Positions 41,123 through 53,185 of a DNA stretch of 64,000 nucleotides are shown piece after piece. Position 1 is the stretch's first letter. Each line of letters opens with the position of its first letter. Below the pieces are notes generated by a model that was not told the origin of the DNA, searched no databases, and saw only the letters and a list, made by a program, of their open reading frames with translations. The DNA comes from Mizuhopecten yessoensis. Taxonomy: Eukaryota. The position numbers and the translations under genes are program-made. Where the stretch lies: positions 76,987 to 140,986 of the forward strand of contig NW_018403610.1 in assembly GCF_002113885.1 (NCBI RefSeq), read 5' to 3'.

Positions 41123-41200
41123 ATCATGGCAGGTACCACATGTGGTGCTCGCGACGCTTACCTTCCGAACCACCTGTTGTTGTCTCATGTCTTACCTATG
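41123..41200 (+). mobile_element. Short dispersed repeat resembling the terminal motif that follows bivalve Penelope-like RTs
   Basis: ggtaccacatgtggtgctcgcgacgcttaccttccgaaccacctg resembles the recalled motif GGTGCCACATGTGGAGCAGG...GCTTACCCTTCCGGAGCACCTG. Related copies lie at 50310-50370 (+) and ~50960-51000 (-). Confidence 0.45.
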
Positions 41201-42171
41201 TTATTTCTTCTTGTTTATATTGTTACGTTGGTTGTTGGTGTCTGTTTTTTTTTTTTAATTGCTGTAAACTAAATGTGTATGTTGATTTTATCAATTATTG
41301 TATGCGTTGATGTTTCTATCGTTGTTATGCTGATTACATCGCTTTATGCAGATATGTTATTATATTATTGTTGAAAATTTTAGATTATATCGTTATACGC
41401 AGTCTGTTGCTGTATACTGGTGGTGTTTTTTTTTATTATATAGTTGTATTTTCTATCGTTGTATGTTGTGGTTTTGGTAGGCCGTTTCTGTTGTACTTTC
41501 CAGACTGTGGGATACATCTATAGAACACTGACAAGCCGTAAGAAAATGTATTTATCCACAACACGTCCAAATGCGTTAGCTATTCAATTAGTGATGCAAA
41601 TGCTACACACGAACCATAGTTCCATTTTCTACTGACGAGTTAGAGCTTAGAACAATATTTGGACAGGGAGATCCGTCATTAAATTGCATGCATTCGAACG
41701 GTCGGTATGAATTTTTAACGATAACATTTTGAGTTTGTTTGGCTTTTGACGAATAATACTAGCAGCTATTAAAATGTTCAGGACGATGTGCATTTGCGTA
41801 ACATAATAGCAACATATCACATCAATGCAGCATAAACTATTTATTCATTTTCTACAAAAAGTCTCTGCTTCGTAGCAGCAGAATTTGTATGCAGATACTT
41901 GTATGGTATTCAATTTTCTGGCGAGGCACTGTAAGACCTGTTTTGTCCTTTAAGCAGAAAGTCACTTTTCTCCTTTGTTTAATTTGTCTTGGTAAAAACA
42001 GAAGAAAACACATGTTGTAAAGATAAACCCTGCAAATATAGAAAAAATATTAAATATTGTAAAACATTATGTGTTTTGTAGGTAATGTATGTAAATGAAT
42101 AAAGGGTGTTGTGCAAATAAAGCCTGCAAAGGAAGAGCAACTAATACTCTTATATAATACTGTATGTTACT

Positions 42172-43450
42172 GTTATGGAGATAAGCCTCAAACTGTACAA
42201 TATGTGCGAGAGAGAACAGATTCGAGGCCCGTTAGGGCCGAGATCTGTTTTCTCTCACACATATTGTACAGTTTGAGGCTTATCTCTAACTTAAAACATA
42301 GCACCTCTTTATTTTAATATAAAACAACTTTGTTTTTTTAATATAAACCTGTGTTGTAGCCTTTGTCTATGACAATTGGCTTTCTTTTGAAACTACTAGG
42401 GTAGCTCTCCCTCTGTGCATCCAACCATATCAATGCTATTCATCACATATAACACACCTAAAGGTAACATCATGACAGGTAGAATTACCTTTGACTGTGT
42501 TATATGTGATGAATAGCATCGATATGGCTAAATGCACAAAGCATGCTTTTGGGGTGTACGGTTGAGTTCTGTAAATTCATTTTCACCATGTCATCCGACA
42601 GTAATGCAGGATTTTTCCTTACCCAATCTACGTGTTGTAAACCTAGTCATTCCAAGGACACAGACAGCGTTTTAAGTGATGTTTTATCACTGGAGGAACA
42701 TGGAAATTTACCAAAAGTGGATTTCAATCTAAGAAATGACATGTTATCTGATATTTCTGATAATGAAATGCAGGATATTACCCAGGAAATGCACCTAGTA
42801 GAACAGCAACAGTCCTCCAGGTTTCAAGCCCTACTACAGGACGGTGACCTTGAAAATGTTCTGAAGAAGGGGTTTTGTCAGAATACAGAATATAAGATCA
42901 AACGGCCCATGAGGGTTTTAGAAAACTCATGGTGCATGTCAGTTCAGTGGTACAAGGTTCGAGTTCAGTGTCATCTAAACATAAATAAAATCAAAGTGCT
43001 TTGCGAAAAACAGGAATATTCCATTCCTTCGGGCAGCAAAGAACTCAACATAAATGCTGCAGATATGTGTTTCACTCTAAAATTCTAAAAAGAGAAATCC
43101 TGGAATATACATGGAATATGTGGAGGCATTTTGTGTATGTTGACACATTTCCTTGGAATAAATTTAATTCAACTAATCAATTATGTTGTATTTTTTAATG
43201 TTAATTGAAATACGTTATTTCAAAACATGGCTGCCTGTATTGTTCTTTTCTGTTCTGAGTAGGGCATTATAGAGACATTACATATAACTCCCATAAGATA
43301 CCTGTAACTGTCTTATAAGTGACTGTCCAATAAGAGAGTCACATATAAGACAGCCAAAGGTAACATATGGGACAGTTACAGGTAATGTTCCCATACTTAC
43401 GCAGTTAAGGTACAGAAAGAACAATGGATGACATCACAGCTAGGTTTTAA
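42172..43450 (+). mobile_element. Internally deleted Crypton-like (tyrosine-recombinase DNA transposon) remnant with three hairpins
   Basis: Hairpins at 42172-42290, 42414-42538 and 43299-43383. Inverted ends ttaaaacatagc (42291) / gctaggttttaa (43439-43450). The ORF remnant carries a Crypton/DUF3504-type N-terminal motif. Confidence 0.55.
42588..42932 (+). pseudogene. N-terminal remnant of a Crypton/DUF3504-like protein; no recombinase catalytic domain visible
   Basis: An acidic leader is followed by SRFQALLQDGDLENVLKKGFCQNTEYKIKRPMRVLENSW (42816-42932), cf. RFxxxxxEExxxL....KNTxxxTxWAxxVFxxW. CGG CCC is two point changes from TGG GCC (WA). Similarity is lost afterwards. Confidence 0.5.
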
Positions 43451-44127
43451 GGTACAAGTATAAACGCCTATAGCATATGTTACTTGTACCAATATAAACG
43501 CCTTTAGAACATGTTGCTTGTATAATCACCCTGAAGTTTTTGAGGAACATTGTGATTCCGTTGGATTTCATAAAGATTCATACAGTGTGCACCTACTTAA
43601 TACTTGTATCTCCGATATCAGAAGGACATTACGTGCAGTTTGTAATGTCAACAATATCAAAAGGGTAAGGTGTCATCTAGTATGCGATACCTACCAAGCC
43701 AGTTTAACATATCACAGAATGTTCTACCTTCATGATTGGTCATTACAGATTCAAACTGCTTTTGATATCTTTGCTTCGACGTCAAAAGAGCTTTCATCTT
43801 TGTCTGCAGAAAAATAAAGATTAAAAAACAGACCACTAAATGACTTTGTCATGCTCGGTAAATACAAAGCGCTTCGACATCTATGGCGCGTGCTTATCAA
43901 CCCGATGGCCAAATGATATAGTGGAAATGACTGGGAACTACAAACATACGATACAAATGTTTGAAAAAGGAGGAGCATGAAAACCTTACTACAAAGTCAG
44001 TGAAAGTGTTAGTACGTCCAGGCTTACTGATAGGGAATCAGAGATGGTTTTGGATGTACTCTCGGGAAATCTGTTAGTGTCACAAATATCAAACAGTAAT
44101 TTTGTTCTGTGGAAGGTTTGCAGTGGA

Positions 44128-44594
44128 ATGGTATGTTTTAGTTAACAGTATGATGGTGTGTTTTACGTTAACAGTATGAATGTGTATTTTAGTTTACAGT
44201 ATGAATTTATGTTTTAGTTTAAAAAATACTGTTGTGTTTTAGTTCACCATATGATGATGTGTTTATTTTACAGTCTGATGGTGTGCTTTAGTTTAACGTA
44301 TAATGGTGTTTTTTTTATTTAATATAAGGATGTTGGGTTTAGTTTCTACATTTTAGTATGTCTGTGTTTTAGTTTACTGTATGATAGTTAGTTTTATTTT
44401 TCTAGTATGATGGTGTGTTTTAGTTTAAAAAATAATAGTGTGTTTTAGTTTAAAAAACAATGGTGTATTTTAGTTTATAGTATGATATTGAGTTTAGTTT
44501 CTTCAATGTAGTATGTCTTTGTTTAATTTACTGTATGATGGTATGTTTTAGTTTGCAGTATGATTGTGTGTTTTAGTTAACACCATAATGGTGC
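44128..44594. repeat. Degenerate ~25-bp tandem repeat (gtgtgttttagtttacagtatgatg), ~18 copies
   Basis: gttttagttt...gtatgatg recurs every 25-26 nt. Confidence 0.85.
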
Positions 44595-45119
44595 ACAAAG
44601 CCATGGACTGCTTCATTTTTACTTAAAAATGTGGTCGATTCGCTCTATGTTGACATGGATGTTAAAAATCATTTGAAAATACTTATGTTCTAAATTATAG
44701 TTGCATTTGCATGTATAAGTGATTTGAATAAATTAAAGTATTCCCTATGTACCTGTGGTATAAAACTATCTATGCCATATATGTGCAGTCGATATTGCTG
44801 GAACAGCCTAACGTCATCTTAATGTTTGCTTCATACGATGATCTAACGTTAAGCAAAGTTTGAGGAGAAGCGTTAATCTAATTTCGGTGATGGTCTTTAA
44901 AAAAAATGCTGGCAATGTTCACTCGGTAGTGAAGCGGACGTAAAACTACACGAAGAAAATGGTAATTTGCATATTGTGAGTTGCAATTCAATGTTGCATG
45001 TCATATTTAGTATATACATATTCTTGATTTAAAAAACAAACTTTAGAATCTCATTTAAGTATTAAAAATCTAAAATAGATTTTAGTTAAATAATTGCAAC
45101 CTGGGTAATCGTTAATCTA

Positions 45120-45690
45120 GATAGCAATTATCCAGAAAACTTTGAGAATCGAGACCCCGATAACCTTGGTATATTGGTAACTTCGTTAATTTGCCTTTTC
45201 CTTGGACCTTTACACCACCAATCCTAATACCAAACTGACGGAACGCCTTCGGTCTCTTTTTATGAGAGCGTTCTGTTCCAGAAGAACTGCAATACTGGTT
45301 GTAAATTATTTTTGGGCGCATTTATTGAAAAGCACAACAAATGCCAAAATGATTTATAATCAGGACGAAGTTATGGATTTATTGGGTTCTTCGTTGATAC
45401 GATCTTTGCTGTTTTCGGTGGTAAGATTTTCCAAGAAACTGTCTACATAGGCGTTATTATGTCCCTCTTTTGGCCAAATTTTTATTTTCATATACAGCTG
45501 AATTTATTAATGAGTTTATCATGACTGGTTACAAAAACCTAGCCATCTCCTTCATTTTCACACTCAGATATATCTATGATGTGCTGTCTTTAAATGACAA
45601 GACATATATTGACTAACACCTACTGAGCTTGAAATCTAAGCTGTACGATGACTTGAAGATCGTTAACTTTCCCGCTCTTCGTATTAACAT
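45120..45690 (+). mobile_element. Decayed Penelope-like reverse transcriptase core, a different lineage from the 1.9-2.7 kb copy
   Basis: Motifs in order: LYTTNPNTKLTERL (cf. STLYTTIPHxKLKxRL); FFVDTIFAVFGGKIFQETV (cf. LIDNIFVxFGGxVFQQxVGIPMG); VPLLAKFLFSYTAEFI; FTLRYIYDVLSLN (RYIDD catalytic motif mutated, ~45565-45595); KLYD...VNFP. Confidence 0.85.
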
Positions 45691-46215
45691 CCTTTTCGTT
45701 AATAACATATCTAATTTCGTTAGATGTTTTTCTTTGATATGAACTAACTATCGTAATTTTACACAGTGTACTCTGTTTTGGCGAAGCGATTTGGTTTGGG
45801 TTGAGTTCGACGCCCTGGTAGTGCACGAGTCAAATATGTTCTCCCATTGTATTTATCATATATACACATTTATGTACACACATGTATGTTATATACATTA
45901 TTGTCCGTTAAAGCTACACAGAGGGTCTATATTTCCCTCAACAAAAGCCACCTGTCACCAGCTATTAATTAGTTGTAGCGACAGAAAAAGTATTTTTGCA
46001 ATGAAAATATACACATTTAATACAACCTGTTGTACAAAAGGGTTGTGTGTAATAGCTCGTGGCAGAATGTAGGTACAAGGTGAAGCGGCAGCTCCATCAA
46101 GGTAAGTGATGAATCTAGACTTCTAATTTGAATGGCTTGCTCGGAGTGTAAACTAAATAATGAAATATGACATTGTGATAAACGTATTTACCGAGCTTTA
46201 TAACCTCTTAGCCTA

Positions 46216-46412
46216 GCACCATGACGTCTTACAAATGTAACCACGCACCATGACGACTTAAGCACACACTTAAACGTCTTATCCACGCACCATGACGACT
46301 TAACCACACACTTAAACGTCTTAACCACGCATCATGACGACTTAACCACACACTAAATCGTCCTTACCACGCATCATGACGACTTAACTACACACTTAAA
46401 CGTCTTATCCAC
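46216..46412. repeat. 42-bp repeat made of two alternating 21-bp subunits (cacgcaccatgacgacttaac / cacacacttaaacgtcttaac), ~4.5 copies
   Basis: Direct inspection. Confidence 0.88.
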
Positions 46413-48907
46413 AAAGTGTAACTCGTGACGTACTGTCCTAGCCCGTTCTATATGATGCATTTGTAAGTGTCATGATTTATGTTGATATATTGTTCAATTA
46501 TTCTAGAAGAATAGACCGTCCTACAGATGGAAAGCGATATTTTGAAACGCTATCATGATTGTTTATAACCTCAAATTGATGTTAATTTACTATTTGATAT
46601 ACTGTTTGTTTATAACTACAAATAGATGTTTATTTACTGTTAGATACAACTCTTTTTCCTGGTAACAAAGACCAACGTATGGCCTTGGTCGAGACTGGAC
46701 AATTAGGCTCTAACACAGTTATCCCCTTACAAAGTTAGATCAATGTTCGGACATTCCGCCGTCTCACAAACCATTTCACGAGTTCGTTGGCGTTTCAAAT
46801 TTGACCTTTGGACTTTCACTATTATATTTGCCAACACTAATGTCTCTATGGATATAACATTGTACTCATTCCCTGGTCGCCATTTCGTCTAGTAGATAAT
46901 TCAATACTTTCCGTTAAATTTGGGACCTGCTCTCTAGGGGGTAGGGTCCAATCTTATAGAGATATTCCAGCAGTCTCGCTTTATTAACAGGAATGACTCC
47001 GGTCTGATGTGCTACAAGCATAAGTTTGGTGCAGCCGACACTTGTTGAACGTGACCTGTTGTGGTTGGGAAAAATGTTCTGGAGACGTGGTCGGCAGAGC
47101 TTCGTCTCTGTCTTATTCTTTGAGAGTATGATTATTCCACCCAACGTTGAAATTATTGCCAAATCATTTCAAATACAATGGTTAAGAAATATTCATCAGA
47201 TAATTCATGGTTGTGTGTCCAAAAAAGTATTAAAATTAAATGATAAATAAGGGTTAAGAAATATATACAAGTAAGGATTAAAAAAAAAAATCAACATCAA
47301 TCACCATGTTGGTAAAAGACAATTTTAAGCAGAGCAAGCACATATGTATACCAACTGCATCATTTCTATAATTGTTTTTGTGTATTTGAGTGTATTTTTT
47401 TTCAAAATCAGCAAACAATAATGATTACCTAAAGGGTGAACGTAACACACACAGGTGATTGTACCTTTAAAAGTTGGGAAGAGAGATGGTATGCCAAAAA
47501 TGAATTACCTATGGATTTATTTAGTCCCCTGAGAATCCACCAGCAGAGTGTACCACTTTATATCTAGGAAGATGACCGTAGCACGCGCACAGGTGAAAAG
47601 GATGAGGAATAGTCACGAGTCTATTGCTTATATAGCATATACAACGAGTTTGTGAATGAAGTCTCATGATCTGTTGGTTGGCTTTATTTATTCTAAGAAA
47701 TCCCAGAATGATTTTAACTGCACAGGACATGTACTAGATAAATGAAATATATACTTTTATGTACATATTTATATAAAATTAGTATTACAGAAATATGTAG
47801 ATATAGCGTAAACGAAGATAGATTTTACAAACTGATCCTATTTCCTCGTTATGTATAGCTTCACCAGACGTTGACAACACCTTTACAAAGCAAAAGTGAC
47901 ATAAACGTAGTCATAGTGTCTTTTAAGACTTCATCTAAGGTGATTGAAATAACACGACGGCCAGGCACGAATAAATCTATTTGGTAGACAAATGCACACC
48001 TTATCCTAAAATAAACCCCAAGGGATATATTCCTCATTAGCTGAAACAAAACTGTAAAAAAACACCATTTAAAGTATAAAATCTACGCTTGGATTTGAAA
48101 ATTAATCAAAGGCATGCTGAAGTGATCAAAGCCCATAACACCACGATACGTATTCGTGAAACCTTTCTCCTACTCAAGCATGACTTCTTGAAAAAATCTT
48201 GTAACTCGCTTAAATAGTGAAACACTGTCAAAAAGTCAAGTGTAAACATTAGAAACAGTATGAAGCTTTTAGTCTCTCAAAACATTCTCAAACCATTGAC
48301 AAAACATTTTTTTCATAATTTATCACAGTAACAAGTAATATGGCTAGAGCACAGAAAAGGGATATGATACTAAGGATGCTTTCTTGAGTACATTGTACGT
48401 GTTCAGGATAGTTCTGAAGGGTTTAGCCATTCAAAGAGGAACAAATCAGAAAGTCATACTATGCACGTGCATAAGAAACCAAATCGACTGTTTGACGGTA
48501 TGAAGCACTCTGTTTGACGGAGAACACATATCCTATTTAAGCACGTGGTAGTTAAGGAAGAAGGCAATTGAAAAGTCAATTAATAGTCTTACTGTGCTGA
48601 CACCTTACAGACTGACAGGCCATCGATCCCTTCATTTAATAAGCCTTTTTTTTACTATTGTCTCGCTTCCTTATTTGCTATTTCAGAATTTCTGGGTAAT
48701 TTAAGTAAAGCTAAACAGCATTATCCTTTTTACTAAATTTGAATTAACAAAAACGCACAGGATTTATAAATAGAATCGAGAGATAAATAGAAAAGTACTT
48801 AAAATGGAATGACAATGAGATTAGCAAACTCGACTCCCAAACTATTTATAGAATATGGTTTGTGGTGTAAATGTATGCTTATATTTTAAAGGTCGGTTAT
48901 CCAACAG

Positions 48908-49027
48908 TAACATTGTATACATAACATAATGATTTATATCCATTTATGGATAATCTTTCCCTATGTTAACATTATATACATAACATAATGATTTATATCC
49001 ATTTATGGATAATCTTTCCCTATGTTA
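48908..49027. repeat. 59-bp tandem duplication with one mismatch
   Basis: Copies start at 48908 and 48967. Confidence 0.93.
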
Positions 49028-49196
49028 AAAATCTTATTGGAAAACCATATACTAAATTAAAAAAAAAAAAATTTAGAATAATTCCCTAGCGGGAGTGACA
49101 GGAATTCTTCATTCGTCCGGATGTCTTGATTTATTCCAGAATAGTTTAACGGAATTCCATGATTAACAAAAATACAGCCGCCGGCTGGCAGATATG

Positions 49197-50248
49197 TCTG
49201 TTGTTTAGGAGAATAAACCACATTAACATAAATATATATATACATATATATATTGTTTAGGAGAATAAACCACACTGCCATATATACATGTATATATATA
49301 TATGTTGTTTAGGAGATTAATCCACACTGCCATATATATATATATATGGCAGTGTGGATTAACCTCCTAAACAACATATATATATATACATGTATATATA
49401 TATATGTTGTTTAGGAGATTAATACACACTGCCATATATATATATATCAATTTTTTCATTCTAAACATACATTAATGTGGTAAAAAAGTCATCTTAAAAG
49501 TGGACATTTTTGCGAGGGGGAAATGTTTGCTTTTTTTTCAAGTTGAATAAATATATATATATATGTTGTTTAGGAGAATAAACCGCACTGCCATATATAT
49601 ATATATCAATTTTTTCATTCTAAACATACATTAATGTGGTAAAAAAGTCATCTTAAAAGTGGACATTTTTGCGAGGGGGAAATGTTTGCTTTTTTTTCAA
49701 GTTGAGTAAATTAGCATGAAAAAAATCCACATGCAAATATACATGTATCTTCACAGATTATGTTGATTGCATATTACATTCAGTTTAATGGGTCAAAGCA
49801 AAAATGTCCACTTATACAGTATTTATGCCTGAATTTGTACCAGGAAAGCTATCACTTTTGCTTAAAGAACAAAGTATATTGAAAAACATGTATACCAACA
49901 CTTATCTTTTACCCTCTTACATATGGCAATAAGCTGTACAGGCGAGCAATTATTTTCTGGTTAAAAAAATTGCTATCAAGAAAATGTTACCTGGTACTCT
50001 TTTTGAACAGACTTGAGAACACACAAAAAAGCTATATATTTTTTTCAAGTTGAATAAATATATATATATATGTTGTTTAGGAGAATAAACCACACTGCCA
50101 TATATCTATATATATGTTGTTTAGGATAATAAACCACACTAGCATATATATATATATCTGTTGTTTAGGAGAATAAACCACACTGCCATATATATATCTC
50201 TGTTGTTAAGGAGAATAAACCACACTTGCATATATATATATATCTGTT
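49197..50248. repeat. Compound repeat: ~28-bp core tgttgtttaggagaataaaccacactgc alternating with (TA)n; includes one inverted core and a 159-bp duplication
   Basis: About 10 cores. Inverted core at ~49347-49376; caattttttc at 49448 and 49607. Confidence 0.9.
49657..49821. mobile_element. Small MITE-like element with a 16-bp inverted repeat, ending in TACAGTA
   Basis: aagtggacatttttgc (49657-49672) / gcaaaaatgtccactt (49798-49813). The left outer end is not intact. Confidence 0.5.
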
Positions 50249-50309
50249 GCATCTTGTTGTTTAGTTTTCATTTCCCCTGTTCTCGATATGAGGTGGTGAC
50301 ATTATTAGG

Positions 50310-50400
50310 ATGGGTATCGTTGATATAGCTTAGCAGCTTACGCTTCCGAGACACCTGGTCTTATTCTCCTTGAACAAGAGTCTTCTTAACTTAAGTTGTT
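50310..50400 (+). mobile_element. Degenerate Penelope-associated terminal motif
   Basis: gcttacgcttccgagacacctgg resembles the copy at 41156-41176. Confidence 0.35.
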
Positions 50401-50959
50401 CCTTTGTTTGTATTTTGTCATAGTTTCATCGATTATTTATTTGATATTCATATATATATCATTTTATATATATGAGAATACAAATGTGATTTATGTTTCT
50501 TATTTACAAAATATTATTCTATCAAGAGTGCTGAAAGCGTTTCAGTAAATATTTACAGAGTACAATAAACCATTCTTAATCGTGTTAGACAATTTTATTA
50601 TTGTTTAAAAACATGTACTTTTTTCCTAAGAACATTTAATTGTGAACCTGAATTATTCTGGATCATGTCAGTCGATACCAATATATAGGTGTGTATTACG
50701 CTGAAAAGGGTGTCTTAAATGTTCCAACACAGCTAAAGCAATTAGGATCTGCAGACGTAAACCAGGTACAGTACATGTACTGATAGAATATCTGTTCTTG
50801 ATTTGGTTATTGAGAGAATGTTAACTGTTAATCAAGTTAATTCTAATTGTCAACTAAATTTCTTACACAAAATCACCGGATTATCAAATCAGGCCGCTTT
50901 AAATAGGAACTGTGAAAACGATAAATTAAAAATATATATATAGATGTAAAGAAAAAAAA

Positions 50960-52200
50960 GAACGGATAAGCCTTTCTTGCACCATGTTTCCTAGCATGGT
51001 GTCCTCCGTCCATTGTAGGAACATATTTAGTAACAACAGATATTAGACATAGTTTATAGGCCTTTGCACATAGTCAACAGTGGAATTCCAAAGTTAGAAA
51101 TCAGGTAAGGGTGACGCCTGTAAAATTCATTGAACGTGGATATCCGAAAGAACATCAGTTCAATATGTATTGGTCAACACAGGACACGTGTATCCAGGCA
51201 ACCCTGATACATACATCAGAAGTTCTAGTTACGAATCAGAAAAGAAATTCAGAAGGTATTTTATATGATTTTCTGTTAAATTCCCATCAAATTTATGATG
51301 ATAATATTTTCATATTTCGTCTATAATTCTGTTTCTACAGCCTGCAACTTTTTGAACCGAACATCACTGACCCACAGATATATTCAGGTATAGTTTCTTG
51401 GTTTCCAGTGTAGCCATTGTCCCTAAGGATGCTCAAACCAAATGTTGAATCAACTAGCATGTTCACGATGGCAATGGGTACATAGTATATGGATGTTTGT
51501 ATGTGGTCTCCCGTGCAGGTTCCTTAACAAAGCATTCAATGCTGTTACTTGCTGTAGATATGGTCTGAACCTCCGTTGTTTGGATTTTGTTAACGAATTC
51601 TTTTCTACATTTTATGGCCGATCAGCGCTGCCGGAGGGGTTCGTCTTAGAATTTAACAACCCTTGACATTAAGGCACAAGTGATTTAGATATACATTCAC
51701 ATTGATATTTATATACCTAGAACATACTACATTCAGCCATTTATAGGGGTAATTTGATAGTTTATAATATTGAATTAGTCTGCCACCGTAAGATTACACA
51801 TGTCCATTGCTTACCGACTAATCTTTCAATAAAAGACTGTTAGTTGGTCGGGATACGAGGAAATGAACTGGATCAATCATTGATCCTATAATTAAATCAG
51901 TTCCCCTCTATTGCTCCAGATCGTTTCTGAGGATTATTGAACAGCTTACTAATATTGAATATAAGAATATCCTTCTAACGATCGTATCCCTAGTTTGCAG
52001 TCTCTGTGTCGACATTTATTGTATTAAGGCATTATAAAGGGCAGAACGGTATGGCAATAGTCGGTCTCCATGATGTGACTTGACATATTTATCTTAAAAT
52101 GTGACACTGTGTTATATTTGTACTTTGGTGCCGGCCTGTTGGCCCCAAAATAGTTCTAGCAATATATTTATATGAAAAAAACAGTTCGAAAATTAATTCC
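50960..52200 (-). mobile_element. Highly decayed Penelope-like element
   Basis: Minus-strand remnants in the expected order: APKYK (~52130, cf. GPKYRE); KEFVNKI...SNSIECF (~51600-51530); an LYDK...IINF-like segment (~51330-51285); LIR; GYPR...RRHPYLISNFGIPL (~51150-51080, cf. QGY...KFYRRHxxLVSK); then the terminal motif ggtgcaagaaaggcttatccgttc. Confidence 0.55.
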
Positions 52201-53185
52201 TTCCTTCCCAGCATCCAGCGGGATCTAAACTAGGTTAAACTAAGTCAGCGAATGAAAACAAATTTATTACAAATTAACATTAGACCTTGGATGTGTAAAG
52301 ATATCAACTCCCATTGGAATAGTAGACCAAGTGTTTTCACGACTCTGTACGTTCCATTACACATGAGCCGTCACGAGGATGAGTTCCCTTAAGATACACG
52401 AACGGTTTTGTAGGAGCCCCATTAGGAACAACAAATGAGCAATTCAATGAAAATACGATTATATCCTACACTAAGGCATCATTCACGGAGGCTCGGCGAC
52501 TGCAGCTTCGGGCTGTGAAATCACGACATTGGGAACAAATTATACCGTAGTTAGTCTAACTATAAAACTTGAAGGCACTATAAAATCCCATCAAACAACA
52601 GCGTATCCATTAGCATAGCAGATGCATGTATAGATATAAGTGCAATAATTTTTGTTGGCGTATTTTTTTGCTGTATTTCTTTGCAAACGTACAGTAAAGA
52701 CCATCTGAATGCACACATTCAATGCGTTCGTCATGCTAATTGTTCTAGTTTTATTGCCTGCACTTTATCAGCAGTTATGCAATATTTCCTACATGGCGTT
52801 AAACAGTGTAGTAAAATGTATATATACGTTTGATTTAAAGAGTCTTTTGTAGTCGAAAGTAATTATTGATTTAGGAAAAACATTCATCAAATCACAGCCG
52901 GTACAAGGAAACAGACTGGATTGCTTCGCCGGCCTATGTAACAAACTGGGTCGATTACCTGGTAATGAATGAAACAGACTAAGGCTATCTAAGTATCGTT
53001 AAGTATAACGTATCAACAGAGAGCAGCTCTTTGGTCAACAGTTCAATTAAGGCTATTTCTGGTTAAAGCCATTATTTCACTGATATGTAGACTGTTGCAG
53101 GGTAGAAATTGCAGGCAAGCACATCCATTGACAGAAAGATGATTCGCCACAGTGTTAAACAGAGATATACAATAAGATGGGTATA

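Noticed and set aside
47130-48340. L1/Tx1 ORF2 remnant (PNVEIIAKSFQIQWLRNI)
   Set aside because: A single short motif with no ordered series of supporting motifs.
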